Part shown: in pieces, positions 1 to 12,720 of the stretch | How the letters are laid out: each line of letters opens with the position of its first letter | How positions within the stretch are numbered: position 1 is the stretch's first letter | Assembly (NCBI GenBank): GCA_028023455.1 | Contig: JAQFVV010000007.1 | Span: 9,238,001 to 9,302,000, forward strand | DNA: 64,000 nt | Direction: 5' to 3' | Source: Epiperipatus broadwayi | Taxonomy: Eukaryota > Animalia > Onychophora | The notes under the pieces: model-generated | Database searches by the model: none | Told to the model about the DNA's origin: nothing | Seen by the model: only the letters and a program-made list of their open reading frames with translations | Program-made: the position numbers and the translations under genes

Positions 1-327
1 TAGTGAATAATAAATAATAAGTGGTTCAAATTACTACTGCTCTTTACTCAAACTAAAGCCTTCTATAATATGAGGTGAAATCACTGAAATTTGTTCTCAA
101 ATGATTAAGTTTCCAAGTAAACTTAACATTTTTTCATACAGAGAGCTCATGACCAATAATGACCAGTAAATAAATACCAAGCTATTTTTAGATAAATGTA
201 AGTCTGCCATTAGTTCAATGATTTAAAGGTAGAATACTTTTTCATCAGGAATAAAAACTGCACAATGAGAAAATTATACTTCTGTTTTATATTGAATACA
301 TCAACACTCATTGGATGAATCTATTTA

Positions 328-915
328 AACATCACATAATCACCACTTCATATGCTTACACATGCTGTTAAGAAGAGTACCAAACTCTACATACAGTTGT
401 GATACCAAATGCAAGTCTTCATAATCAATGGGTGCTTGCACTTGGTGGCATTACTATATGGAAAGTTTGCTACTCTTATTAACAGCATGTGTAAGAATAT
501 AAGGTGAAGATCATGTGATGTTTTGATAGTTTTTATACCTATCCTGCCCATAAGATAATGGCAATTGTGGTTTTTGAAAAACCAAAGACATCCAAATGTA
601 TAGATGCTGAACTGAGTTAAGATCTATATGATGATACAAGCAAATGAGCTTAGGTTGAAAACATTATATGGTGTTTTCATCTTGGGATCCTAGCTTTATA
701 GCTAACCAAATAGGTAAAAGGTGGCTTCTAGAGGGTTGCATTCAATCCTAAGATCTAGATGCAGTGCTCTCAAATCCAAAGCCACAAGCTAGAAACTAGT
801 CAGGAGATGTCAGATAAACACTAGAGATTTTAGGAACAAACCTTCCTGCATCCATTGATTATAAAGGGTTGCACTTGGTAGCACTACTATATGGAGAGTT
901 TGGTACACTTATGAA
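328..915 (+). mobile_element. Family A retrozyme-like repeat (inverted tail + partial tandem, period ~433 nt); HHR core deleted in this copy
   Basis: TTGCACTTGGT(G/A)GCA(T/C)TACTATATGGA(A/G)AGTTTG occurs at ~436 and ~869; 328-430 is the reverse complement of the following arm; HHR 3' half AGCCACAAGCTAGAAACTAGTC at ~780-810; homologous to 5673-6288 along its length. Confidence 0.75.
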
Positions 916-1179
916 TCCATATACTGGTAAATATTGGATGCATCATTGGGTTGGTTACCAAATAGTTATCTACAAAAATCCTAACTTTACCTTATGCAAT
1001 TTTCACTTACTTAAAAAAAATCCACATCTTAGACAAATCAGACTTAAGTGTAGGATAAATTGGGGAAAAGGGAAATCACAACAAATAGTAGCTGATTAGC
1101 TTAATGAATAATATACACTCTTCCAGCATTTCCCATATTTGTTGGCAGGTCACATTTGTGGATAGCTACACAAAAAACA

Positions 1180-2035
1180 TCTGGATTACAGTTGAACATT
1201 TACAACTATTTCTTTTACTACGTTAAATGCAAAGCTAAGTTTACAACATAGTATTAAATAGATGTTATAATATATTGAGAAAGAAATTTATTGCCTTAAT
1301 TGAGGTTGAGATGAAAGGCAGATTCCAGAGGGCTGCTGATGCTTTTAACATGTTTAAAGATAATGTATTTCATCCTAGGGAAATCACTAACACTGGTAGA
1401 ATAGTTGTATGTAGAGCTGCTATTTTACCTAATATACTCTATGGATGTGAAAATTGGACATCTTATCAATGTAATAGAAAAATTTTATTTAAGAAAGCCT
1501 CAAAAAAAGTTTAGAAATACTATGACAATATTGTAATTAATCAGTATGCCCTTTCATTTTGGTGGGTGCAGTATTAATGAATCTAATATTGTAAAAACAT
1601 ATTTTTATTTGACCGAACTTGGGAAACAAATGAACAATGCAATTCCTAAAAAAATGACTTATGATGAACTTGAGCATGATTTCCATGGATAGAAGCAGAC
1701 CTGTGTACATTATAAAGATGATTTAAAGCAGTGAAATGTTGATTGTTTCCATTATGAAAAATGGCTAAGAATAAAATACATTGGAGAACTACAATTAAAC
1801 ATGGTGTCAACATGCAGAAATTAAACAGGAAAATCAAAAACAGCAAATAGAGTAATGTATTATGATGTCTGTTCTATACCTGAATGTACTAGCACTTCAG
1901 ATTGATTTGTATGGTCATCATCAAACTCATCTTTACTATATTATTGTTTTGTCTTTTCATCTTTTCCCTCCTTAAAGTAGGAAGGGCTCAACTTGATTGT
2001 GAATGGCTGATGATGATAATAATGAATTTATGAAC
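1180..2035 (+). pseudogene. RTE-clade LINE, decayed 3' part of ORF2 plus 3' tail
   Basis: ORF 1275-1514 RFQRAADAF...RAAILPNILYGCENWT resembles the RTE RIxKASxAF...LLYGCETW motif; downstream IPKKMTYDEL, MAKNKIHWRTTIKHGV, QIDLYGH; ends in GATGATGATAATAAT. Confidence 0.75.
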
Positions 2036-3649
2036 TGTCTTCAATCAGAAAAATTGTAAAAATATAATTAAAAAATTAGTTGCTTAGGAGTCATGTGACA
2101 TTCAATTAGTAGGTTGAGCTTCGATTTTAGAAATCTTTAGTTCTCAAGTCAGTCAATTTATTATTGCACTAAACCATACAGGAAGAAAACTTATTATGCA
2201 TATAGTATATTCAAAAATAACATCTATAATTTCTTCATTAGATTTAACAGAAAATGATGTAAACTTTACAGTGATTAAAATATACATATTAAGAATAATA
2301 ATCTTAAAATAACATTTTAAGATATTTATCTGATAACTAATTAAAAACAAAAATAATAAAATAATTCTAAATATTTAAATACCCATCTGATCCCTGCTAT
2401 AATTTTATAAATTTAAACCTAGTTAATCTTCCTCGTCTTCATTATTTATTACTTAAAGTATTGTTTTACAATATAGTAAATAATTTTTATTATCACAAAA
2501 CTCTTTCATGAAACTAAAACAAACGAAAATCATAATTTAGTGAAAGAAAACTGAGAAATCCCAAAAGATGCATTATAGTGATACCATCTTAATGAACATA
2601 TGAATTTCACTCAAGTTTTGACCATAAAACCTCTGCGACTGGAAATTGAAAATGCTGCTTTTCTGATCCACAAAGAACAGCCCAGTCTTCTCATCTTTAG
2701 ATCTAAATTAGCATTCTAGATGATTGCAAAAGATTAATTACACTCATGAAGATATTGTGGAGACAACTGGTATCATTTACAAAGATCTAAGAAAAATACC
2801 TAGTAACAGATATTTAAATGTATCAAAACTGACTAAAATACCAGTTTAATTATTAAATAAAGTAGAAATAACAATAATAATCCATAATAACAATAATAAT
2901 AAATTGTTATATATGTCAAAATTACCATTTGTTATATAGCACTGTACTTTAAGTAATTTTATATTTATAGCAACCCCCCCCCCAATAAATAAATGGAGAA
3001 TTAAACAGCTGTGAAAGTAAGATGTAGACCAAATAGATTATGTTTAAGAAGTAGCAAACTATCATCAATAAGATTTAATCATCATTGTAATCTGCCCAGT
3101 TATTACTCAAACTGCAAGAGACAGAAAATTTCACACAACATCACTACTCAAGAGTCTTTCGGTGTATATATCCCCTCTTCCAAGTCATTAATACAATTTT
3201 AGTATTTTGAGCTACATAATAATTTTAACAGATTTAGATATTTCGAATTTCATTCTAAAATATAGAATCATTTCCATTAATATTTCATGATCAGTTATCT
3301 TCACCGTATTTGAGAGACATCTATTCTAAGCTTGAGTAAACAATGACCACTGGGTTATATAGTGCTATAAAATTTCAATCTTCAGAATGAACAGCTTTTA
3401 GCTTTTGCTCTTCACCAGTTATGATTAGGATTTAAAATTGCTGATAGAATAATGAGAAACTCAGAAACTGATTGGTCTGGTTATGAGGATTTTATAGCAC
3501 TCATCCATCTGTGACCAATGATTACTCAAACTTGCAGTAATTGTTCTAGATTATGGTGAAAATAACTGATTTGAAGGCATGGAAGTAAGTAAATGACTAG
3601 TCACATATTAACAATGTATATGTGTTGGATTCTCTGCTAAAGGAAAGCT

Positions 3650-3840
3650 AGACAAGGATAGTCAGTTGGTTAGAATGTTACCTTAAAATTCAATATTCAA
3701 GAATCTGAGTCCATATTTGATTTCTATGCTAGTACTGTCACTGGTCAGGCCAGCAACAACTGAAGAAGAGGGTAGAATAATGCCTCTCAAAACATTGTGC
3801 ATATATTAACCTGTGTGCTATTACTAGCAGTTGAATGTAT
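3650..3840 (+). mobile_element. tRNA-headed repeat with 3' hammerhead motif (copy 1)
   Basis: GGATAGTCAGTTGGTTAGAATG (A-box-like) ... AATCTGAGTCC, then CTGAAGA-AGAGG-loop-CCTCT-CAAAACATTGTG at 3760-3799; homologous to arms at 12721-13130 and 16440-16870. Confidence 0.6.
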
Positions 3841-5672
3841 TAGGAATATTTAAATAAAATTAAATTTTTATGAAGATATTCAATACTCATATTAGATGGT
3901 AGAAATAGTCCAATATATAAATACAACTAAAATACCATCATCACAAACCTTCAGGAAATCAAAAGAATACCATGATTCAATCCTAACATGTGACTTAGGT
4001 AGTAGTTTTAAACTGCATTCACTCTTTCGAATAATATCATCTAACATCTCATTTGGAGCTACATCTTAAAAATAATAAAAACCTTTACAGAAAGTTGTGT
4101 TAGACTATAAAAATAATAGTTTTCATTGATTTTTTCTGCCAATATCAATAACTTTTCCATAACTTCAGACTGCAATTAAGTTTTATTCTGAGACTAAAAG
4201 TTATTTCAAAATCCAAGATTTTCTCATACCCTCTTATGTGTGGGCTTTATGTTAGTCTTTAAATTATGTAAAAATGGGAGGGAGGGATTGAATAATGAAG
4301 CACTGAATAATCAACGTCTTATAAAATGAATCCCTAACTTTTATAGACTAAAATGTAACTGACTATGACCAAATCTCTTTGTTTAAACAATACATAAATA
4401 TTTTTATTTCAGAAACAACAAAAGATATGCATTGAATAAATTGTAAACTTACAGAAACTGTAAAAAAATATATATATTTAATTTTTTAATTGATCAACTT
4501 TCAAAAGTAAAAATCTGGAAAAAACATATTGAAAAAGACATTTTAACATTATATTTTAAATTTTTTTATTAATAGCTAAAAAAAGAAAAATATTTGAAAG
4601 AACTTGAGGCTTTCATCTAGGTACTAAATAAATAAAATATTGTGTTGGCATATTATACTTAAGAGAAAGTTCCAAATGCTGAAGAAGCCAGACCTGCGTT
4701 CCAATCTATACAACTGGGGATTCAGAATCAGCCAATCTAACACTGTACTAAACCACAATACTGTAAGAAAGCTACATAATTTCATCTTATAGAAAACACA
4801 AGCAATTCTTAATGTAACAGTGCCTTCTGCTTTATGTTAATAAAAACTAGTATAGTTCATATTAATTTGGATATATTAAAGGAAAAAATCAGTTATTTTG
4901 TACAATTTGTATATTTGACTGACCTCACATTTAATGACTGTAGATTCAAAGTCCTTTTATTTACTTCTTGACTCATTTTTGTCTATGGAATATTTTCAGC
5001 TACAAACTATTGCATTACCTTAAAATCTATCATTTCATATTTTTGTTGTTTTTTTTTTTAGCTTTTTGACATTCCTTGACAGCTTTATCCATATTTACTC
5101 CACTTCATTTTGTTTGACAGTAGTTTTAAGCAGCTTTATTTGCATATTCATTTAGGCTCATTTTGATGACAGCAATCATAAGTAACTTTCTTGATACTCA
5201 TTACCTTACTCTCATATTGGTTAATCTAATATAAACCTCTCATCATTTTTACCAACTCTCAAAATAATCTGAAATTCAAAGGCAATATCTGCATAAGAAT
5301 TATTAAAACTATAATTCATATGTTATAGTGATCATCAGGTCATGAGTAGACTAATCCAATGTGAACAAATAGGTTAATGTATTATGAATTACATATAAAT
5401 AAATATGAAGAAATATTAGGTCCAATCACCACTTATAATGCATTTATTACTACAGAGGTCCCATTGTTTAAAAAGTTGACAAATTGCTCTACAATGTTCA
5501 TGTAAACTCCTTCATCAATTTTTATAGTGCTACGCAAATTATAGTAGAGACTGGATTCATATTAAAATGCAAATATTTAGCACCATAATTACTATCTACA
5601 TGGTTATATAGAAATCAAGGCACAATTAGAGATTAATATTACTAAAAGATTTTACTTACAAAATCCAACATT

Positions 5673-6288
5673 ATTAAAATAGGCAAAACTCTCCATGCAG
5701 TAGTGCCACTCAGTGCAAGCCAGAATAATCATTGATTACTCTAGCTTGCACTGAGTGGCACTACTATATGGAGAGTTATGCCTGTTTTAATAAGTTATGA
5801 GCAAACATAAGAAATGGTGATCATGTGATATTTGGGGGTTTAATACCAATCCTGCCTAGTAGGATTGTGGTGGCTATGGTTATTAAAGAACCAAAGACAC
5901 CAAAATGTATGGTACTGAACTGAGTTCAGACCTATATGACTATATAAGCTAATGAGCTTGGATTGAAAATATTACTGTGTTTTCAATTTTATTCTTATAG
6001 TTTTGTAGTTAAGTAGAAATAAAAAGTGGCAGCTGGAGGATTGCATTAGATTCTAAGATCTAGATCAGTGCTCTCAGATCCAAGGCTCCTCACTGACGAA
6101 GGCCACAAGCCAAAAACTAGTCTGGGAATATTGGATGAGTAGGCACTAGATAGGGATTTTATGCACAAGCCTTCTGGCATCCATTAATTATTCTGGCTTG
6201 CACTGAGTGGCACTACTATATGGAGAGTTTTACCTGTTTTAATAACAGTTATGAGCAAGCAAAAGAAATGGTGATCATGTGATATTTG
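5673..6288 (+). mobile_element. Family A retrozyme-like element, best full copy (5' fold-back + ~95-nt direct repeats, period ~451 nt)
   Basis: 5673-5790 is a long hairpin; its right arm CTTGCACTGAGTGGCACTACTATATGGAGAGTT...GGTGATCATGTGATATTTG recurs at ~6195-6288; near-TSD AAATCCAA(C/T)ATT at 5661-5672 and 6289-6300. Confidence 0.85.
6087..6128 (+). ncRNA. Type I hammerhead motif, family A (G12 mutated to A)
   Basis: CCTCA-CTGACGA-A-GGC CACAA GCC-A-AAAA-CTAG-TC-TGGGA; palindromic ACTAGT stem III. Confidence 0.6.
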
Positions 6289-8129
6289 AAATCCAATATT
6301 GTAATATGTAATAAAAAGACTAACAAAACTTAAATAATAGATTTGAGAAAAATACAGTCAAAGTAGTAAAATTTTTACTAGTGTATTTTTTGTGATTATT
6401 GGAAGTTCTTCAGGGCAGCTGATTAAGGAAGTAAAATGTATGCATAATGGAGAATTATTCAATAATTTTTTTATGTAGCTGCAAAATGCATGATAATTGA
6501 ACTGTATGTCTTAAATAAAAATATTTTTCTGTGGATCTGTTTATTATGACCATCTATTGATTGGCTCGTCATGTGTGCCCCCCCCTCACCATCATATAAT
6601 AACATGAAAAACATGTCAACTGCAAAAACACTGCAAAATACCCATGATCCTTCCATACTGAACAAAAAAAACAATCTAAAATATTTATCTGAAAATGAAA
6701 AAGCAAAAACACTAAAAAGATCTGCAACAATTTAAAAAAATAATAATTTGTTAATTGCCTGAAGGATGTAGTATTAAAGCTTCAGGACCTCTATCCCCTT
6801 TTTCAACTATTCACTGTGATTGCATAGTTAGTTGTTCTGGAAATCACATGACAGCTTAAACAGCAATAGTGACAGATTGAGCCTTATTGCAGGAATTACT
6901 GCAATGAGTAATGAATATAATTTTCTTTAATTAAGGTTTTGCATAGACTTTCTTCTTTTAATAAAAATAAAATAATTAAATGGCTTTATTGTTAGGTGGG
7001 CCATAAACAGTGAACATTAGAATGAGAGAAACTTTGGCACTCATTATTCTACCAACAAATTAAACCACACAGCATTAATTTAACCAGTATTTCTTATTAC
7101 AAATACAAGATTATTTGATGGGCTTAACCAGGATAGATATTTTCACCTAGGAATATTTCATGTCTACTCTCTTTTTCATTATTTCCTTTCCTATTCCATT
7201 ACACTAATATATAAATATTCTTACTATTTATTTTAATGAATGATATGTTTTAAACATGTGAGTATTTAAGATGTTGTATGTTAAGTACAATAATTCCATA
7301 CACAATCCTTAGCGGAAAATTGAAAGTCTATTTCCATATCCAAACAGTAGCTATCAGGTATAGAAACTTCGTGATTTTAATTAACAATATACAACCTACA
7401 GAGAAATTTTTTTTTATTCACTCTCTGTTAAATTTTAAGATTTATCTCGACTGTATCCAGACATTTTAGAATTCTTCTAAATTTCTTCTGTGAAGTGCTA
7501 AAATTCATGAACAAGTATATCATAAATTAAAAAATTATAACACCAATAACAACAACAACAAAGAATAGATAATAGCTGCTGGAGAAAAGATGCATTCAAT
7601 GCAAAATAATCCAGATGCATTAAATCCAAATCTAACACTACTCACTGATGAAAGTAATGAGGTATATATGAGTCTAATGATATTTAAGACAGCAGTGGAT
7701 AGGGATTTAGATGCTTGCATTGTTAATTGCTTTATATATGTCCTCAGATAAAACTTTATTATATTTTGTTTTTATATACAAGATAATTAAAATCTGGAGT
7801 ATCAATTAGCTTATCCATTGACCATGTATATAAATCTAAGCAAGATAAAATGTTTATTTTTTTCCGATTCCAAAAAAATCTTGAGGGTTTTTTTTTATTG
7901 TAGATAGTTGAATCATGTTCAATCTAGCTAGTCATTCAATTATTGGTTAGAAAATTGGTATCTGGATATTCTTAATTTGAGCATAAAACCATATACTGTA
8001 ATAAACCATGTAAAGTTTTTATCTAGGGTTGAAAAGTCTGACAAAGAATGTCTTCAATAGAGAGATGAGGGTGGTGAAGAGGGGCCCTTACTCTGAAGTA
8101 GCCTATTTAAAAACATTCTTTAAAATTTT

Positions 8130-8700
8130 AAATCTAATGGGTATGGAGAAGAATGGAGAAGATTCTTTGGGTAGACAGAATTTCAAATGAGAAGTTTTGT
8201 TGAGCATGGATGAAAAGAAAAAATTGATGGAAAAATGTGGACAAAGACAGAAGACTAGATCTCACATATACTGAAAAGAAAGGATTGTTTGATGATGATT
8301 TTGGAGGATACGATGGATGGTATTAGAAGAAAGAAGAACGATTTTATGAAAATGTCTAATTGATCTCTGGATCTATCCATAAAACAGAACATTATGTGGA
8401 GAATATGTAGAAAAATGGAGAAGATTAGTTAGGTCATAGAATGATAAATGAGAAGCCTTGGTGAGGGAGGATAAAAAGAGAAAATTGAATGGAGAGACTG
8501 GTCAAACAAAGTGAGAATTGTTCAATGAAAGATGTTTTAGAAGTAATGATGAATACTAATAGAAGAAAGTGATGGAGAATGACTTTACTGGATGATATAA
8601 AGAATAAAATGAATTACACAGAATTAAAAACTCAAACCATAGGCAAAACATTATGGATTGTTCTCTGGTCTTCTCTATAAGACAGAGTATATCATCTCTA
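8130..8700 (+). pseudogene. RTE-like LINE 3' end, two decayed tandem fragments
   Basis: Translates to WVWRRMEKILWVDRISNEK...HILKRKDCLMMILEDTMDG (RTE C-terminal WxxRRMxKIxWxDxxxNE motif); a second decayed copy begins ~8390. Confidence 0.6.
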
Positions 8701-8851
8701 TATCCTTTTTGCAATTATCTGCATATTGCAGAAAAAGTATTTTTACTAGAAGGATCAGACAATGATGTGTAGAGCAAAACAGTCAAAGATATTTATTTTG
8801 GATAATTTGTCGCTAATAAACTGATAGGAAGCACCACAACAATAATTACAT

Positions 8852-8947
8852 GTCAAGCATTGGTGGCCTGGCGATTAGCGTAGCTGCCTTCCAAGCAGCC
8901 GGGCCGGGTTCGCTTCTCGGTCAACGCTTTGACATATAAAAAAAAAA
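8852..8947 (+). mobile_element. Short SINE with tRNA-Gly(TCC)-derived core, A-tail and 14-bp TSD
   Basis: 8857-8927 closely resembles eukaryotic tRNA-Gly(TCC) (GCTGC CTTCCAA GCAG; CCGGG TTCG); ends GTCAAGC...GCTTTGACATAT(A)n; TSD AACAATAATTACAT at 8838-8851 and 8948-8961. Confidence 0.85.
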
Positions 8948-8959
8948 AACAATAATTAC

Positions 8960-10140
8960 ATTAGCTAAGTGAGTATGTTCCCCAATTTTCAATATTTATC
9001 TAGAATTTATTTCATTACACTTGCAGAATGAGTGGTGAGATAGTTAGATACCGGATCCAATTATTTACGATTAAATTACGACAATTAAAATTTTATGAAT
9101 ATTTGTTAATAAGAGTCCTAATTTTAAATAACATTATCGGAAGTCACACATGCATTAATTTCTTCAGGATAACACATTTAAAATTATATCGCATTTAATA
9201 AATAATTATATCAGTTCGTTGATTACTTTTCACCTAATTAAACAAACAATATGTATTGATTATCTCAGAAGAGGAAGAAAGTTACGAGTGAAGAAGAAAT
9301 TAAAATATAATTAAATTAAAGTGAATTAACATAAAAGCAAATAAATGTTTACTTCATCAATCTTTTAACAAAAAAATCTATTTCTGCTTTTAGTTTTGAA
9401 AACTCAGACGGTGGAGAGATTGAAGCCTTTCTCAGAAACGCAACTACAAGACAATACTTGCTAACATCTATGTAATCAGCGTAAACAAACTTTTCAAACG
9501 AGCATTATTTTCAATTTTTAACAATGATATTATATATAGTTTTGAGTGGATTAAAAAAAATGTTTAAATTTGGCATGTGACAATAGTGTTTAACGAATAG
9601 GTGATTCAATGGAGAAAAGATATACAATATAAATCAATATGATATCCACGTGATAATGTAAAAATAACGGTTAAAGATTCACAAAAATATCTTACAATGC
9701 TATAATAGCTCATTTATGGCGTATCAACCAATACTGCGAGATGCTAAGCAAATTTATGATAAATAATGTCAAACTATCATTAAATAAAATACTCGAAAAT
9801 GTTATTGCTGAGGAGTTTTTAAAAAGTGTGAATACCGGAAGTAACAAAACTAGACAGCATTTCATAGTTCCAGACTCAGCCATTCTATCATGGCACCAAA
9901 ATCACAAAGGATAAATTATCACTGACAGTGATTAGCTACTGTCATCTGATTATATACTTCAACCTACTTTAAACAAAAAATGTAGTATATGTAGACAATA
10001 ATTTATGAACAGCCAAAAGTTCAATTATGTAACATACGAATGTAGCTTAACCAACGTAATTTAGTGAAATATGTAAGTAGAATAAAATAAAGTAAAAATA
10101 TTGTTGGATTCTTCTTTTCTTTTTAAATATAATAAACAAA
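8960..10140. repeat. Unclassified ~1.2-kb dispersed repeat D, copy 1
   Basis: Colinear similarity with 14575-16110 (e.g. GGATCCA.TATTTA..ATTAAATTACG, GAAGCCTTTCTCAGA.ACG.AACTACAAG, AAATTTGGCA); no ORF recognised. Confidence 0.7.
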
Positions 10141-10189
10141 TATTTCTGCTTACTTGAAATAATAATTAAAATAACACGTCCGTTGTTAT

Positions 10190-11860
10190 TGATAGAGACA
10201 GTAATATTTTATATAATAGTAACAAATAAAATAATACATAAATGCCTAACACTTTCGACCTAAATCTTTATCAAGGCAATATACTAATCGATAAACGTCA
10301 AAATGGCTATAATGTAGACCAGGATGAACTAGTACAAAAACTAGTCAGTTTAGAATTTACCGCATAAAGAGTATTTTTTATCACATATGATTCTTTAATT
10401 TTATACTTTTTATCATGTGTTTCATGCATTAATATCTCAAAAAATTGTACACGAAAAATATGCCTGGTAGAAGACTGATCAATATAAAAAGTAGAATAAA
10501 CCAAATCATTTATTAATATCTGAATATAAAAATCAGAATAAACGAAATCATCTATTAGAGTTTTATTGCAAGTGTGAATATGTTGCCTAAGATGATATTT
10601 GATATTGGTCTTTGTTTCAACTATATATATATATAACACCACAATCAGAATGTTGACATAAAATATAATGCACTACATTATTTCTATTATCAATATTAGT
10701 ACAAAATTTTGTATTATTTAAAATTTTATTAAAATTAGTGGGATTCTCCAAGCAATCCGAAAGTCCACTTTGGACAGTTGGGATAAAAGCCAGAGACATT
10801 CATGGTTTATTAGATTTTATAATATTCCTATTATACTGTAACTTTTTATAAAATTTATCAACTAACAAACCTATTTGGACATATCCCAAACATATGAATG
10901 TATATTGTCTTTACGATACTCTACACATCAACATACACATTAATATTGCATAATAAAAAAGATTTAAAATCAGCTATTTATGACCAGCCAATACATTCAA
11001 ACTTGGGGGTATATAACCTCTAATAGAAATATGCTTAATTAATAGCTTATATAAAATATACCATCCAAGAATGATATCTGCATACCTAAATATTTAATTG
11101 AAAAATTATCATTCTCCAATATCCATGATCTGTTTATTCTGTAAATTATCAAAAATATTTTATATCACATGTTGCTGTGCATATATTAATACATTATCAA
11201 AATATATACAATAAAGTATGTTCTGATCACCTACCACAGTAAGCTGTACAATGCATTGTTCAATACTATCCAAAAATAAACTACTTAACATCTCAATTAT
11301 TGCCAAACTCTTAAGCCAATCATTTTCTATTGATCATCAGCAGCAGCAGTAATATCTTTATTAATCCAATTTAAGACATCTATTATAAATTTCATCTTAC
11401 CCAAAGACATATCACTAGCTCTTAAATTCTTCATCATAATTAAAGTAGAGGCTGATCAATCTACTGAATCTAATAATGCCATTTATAACTAGATATCACA
11501 ATACTTTATTCAAACTTTTGCACATTCAAAAGATGGTGACACAATGTATGTATCAAGGCCTACACTATTTGAAAACCAATTTGCAATAATTTTTGCCAAC
11601 TTTTGATAATATACTCCTGTAAAATCAATTATCAACTTTAAAGGAACATAAATTTTATGTGTTTTAGTATTGGTAAATATATGAGGTATTATATCTGCAG
11701 AGGGATAAATATACTGATATTCCTTGAGTGAAAGAAATGTTTTACAAATCAGATACACAATGTTAGAAACAAATTTGTCTTTCATTAATTTTATATTATA
11801 ATTATCAATTCTTTTCAAATTCAACTTATTAATTAGAAACTGAAGTTTATCATACACTTC
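10190..11860 (-). pseudogene. Penelope-like retroelement: decayed RT + GIY-YIG endonuclease + HHR-containing 3' end
   Basis: ORF 11510-11857 IPHIFTNTKTHKIYVPLKLIIDFTG resembles PLE RT PxxYGLPKIHKxxVPLRPIV; ~10800-10640 NNVVHYILCQHSDCGVIYI (GIY-YIG start); ORF 10307-10642 FEILMHETHDKKYKIKESYVI...VNSKLTS (GIY-YIG C-terminus); HHR motif follows the stop. Confidence 0.8.
10243..10278 (-). ncRNA. Hammerhead motif in the PLE terminus, U3-A8 core variant
   Basis: Minus strand TGCC-TTGATAA-A-GATTTAGGTC-GAAA-GTGT-TA-GGCA; GTGT is compatible with CpG-decayed GCGC. Confidence 0.6.
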
Positions 11861-11994
11861 CTATTCATTAACACAAATCTATTAGATTTATCTTCTTTAG
11901 AACAAATGAGATTACTACTATTTAAAAAAGACTTTACTTCCAGTTATAATATGCTGCTGACTTTGATCACCCCCATCTGACAAATTATTCAATC

Positions 11995-12410
11995 TCTGAG
12001 ATATAGATTGTATAACAACCTTATTAAAAGGCAACATATTCATACTCATAATAAGGCATTAGTAGATGATTTTGTTTATTCTGCTTTTTATACTCATCAA
12101 TCTTCCATTGAGTATATTTTTTGTCCACAATCTTTTGATATATTAATGCATGAAACTCAGGATAAAAAGCATAAAATTAAAAAATCACATGTAATCAAAA
12201 ATACACTTTATGTGGTAAATTCTAAATTGACTAGTTTTTCTATTAGTTTATTCTGGTCTACATACTAGCCATTTTGACAATTATCGATTAGTTTTCTGTA
12301 TAGTTTATTGCCTTGATAAGGACTTAGATCCAATGTGCTAGGCATTTATTTATTTTAATTGTTAATATTATATAAAATATTATTGTTTCTGTCAGTAAAG
12401 ATGGCCATGT
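11995..12410 (+). mobile_element. Inverted duplicate of the PLE GIY-YIG/HHR terminus
   Basis: ORF 12008-12268 is homologous to ORF 10307-10642 on the other strand; followed by decayed HHR TGCC-TTGATAA-GGAC...GTGC-TA-GGCA at 12309-12344. Confidence 0.8.
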
Positions 12411-12720
12411 TTGTATTTATTATCTTTTTCTTTTGGCCTTTCCATAAATCAAATTTTAAAAAATGTCCACCAATGTAATATTTTTCTCATTGTCTATACT
12501 TCAAATGACTAAATACATGACATTCTAGAATTGTTATTATATTGTCTATGAAGTGGAGATTTTTGTTGTTTGATTGTAACTGTGTTAGACTATTTCCATC
12601 AGTTGTAATTAACTGTTAAATATCTTCTTTTTTTAAAAAAAATATCAAACTGTTAGTAATAGTATATAGGTTAGTATATAACACATTATTATTCTCTCAT
12701 CTTCTTATGTTGCTACCATA

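Noticed and set aside
7575-7725. Additional family A copy (CTCACTGATGAAAG)
   Set aside because: The 3' half of the HHR is missing and flank similarity is weak; not counted.
8857-8927. Functional tRNA-Gly(TCC) gene
   Set aside because: Acceptor-stem mismatch, altered D-arm and T-loop, A-tail and 14-bp TSD indicate a retroposed copy.
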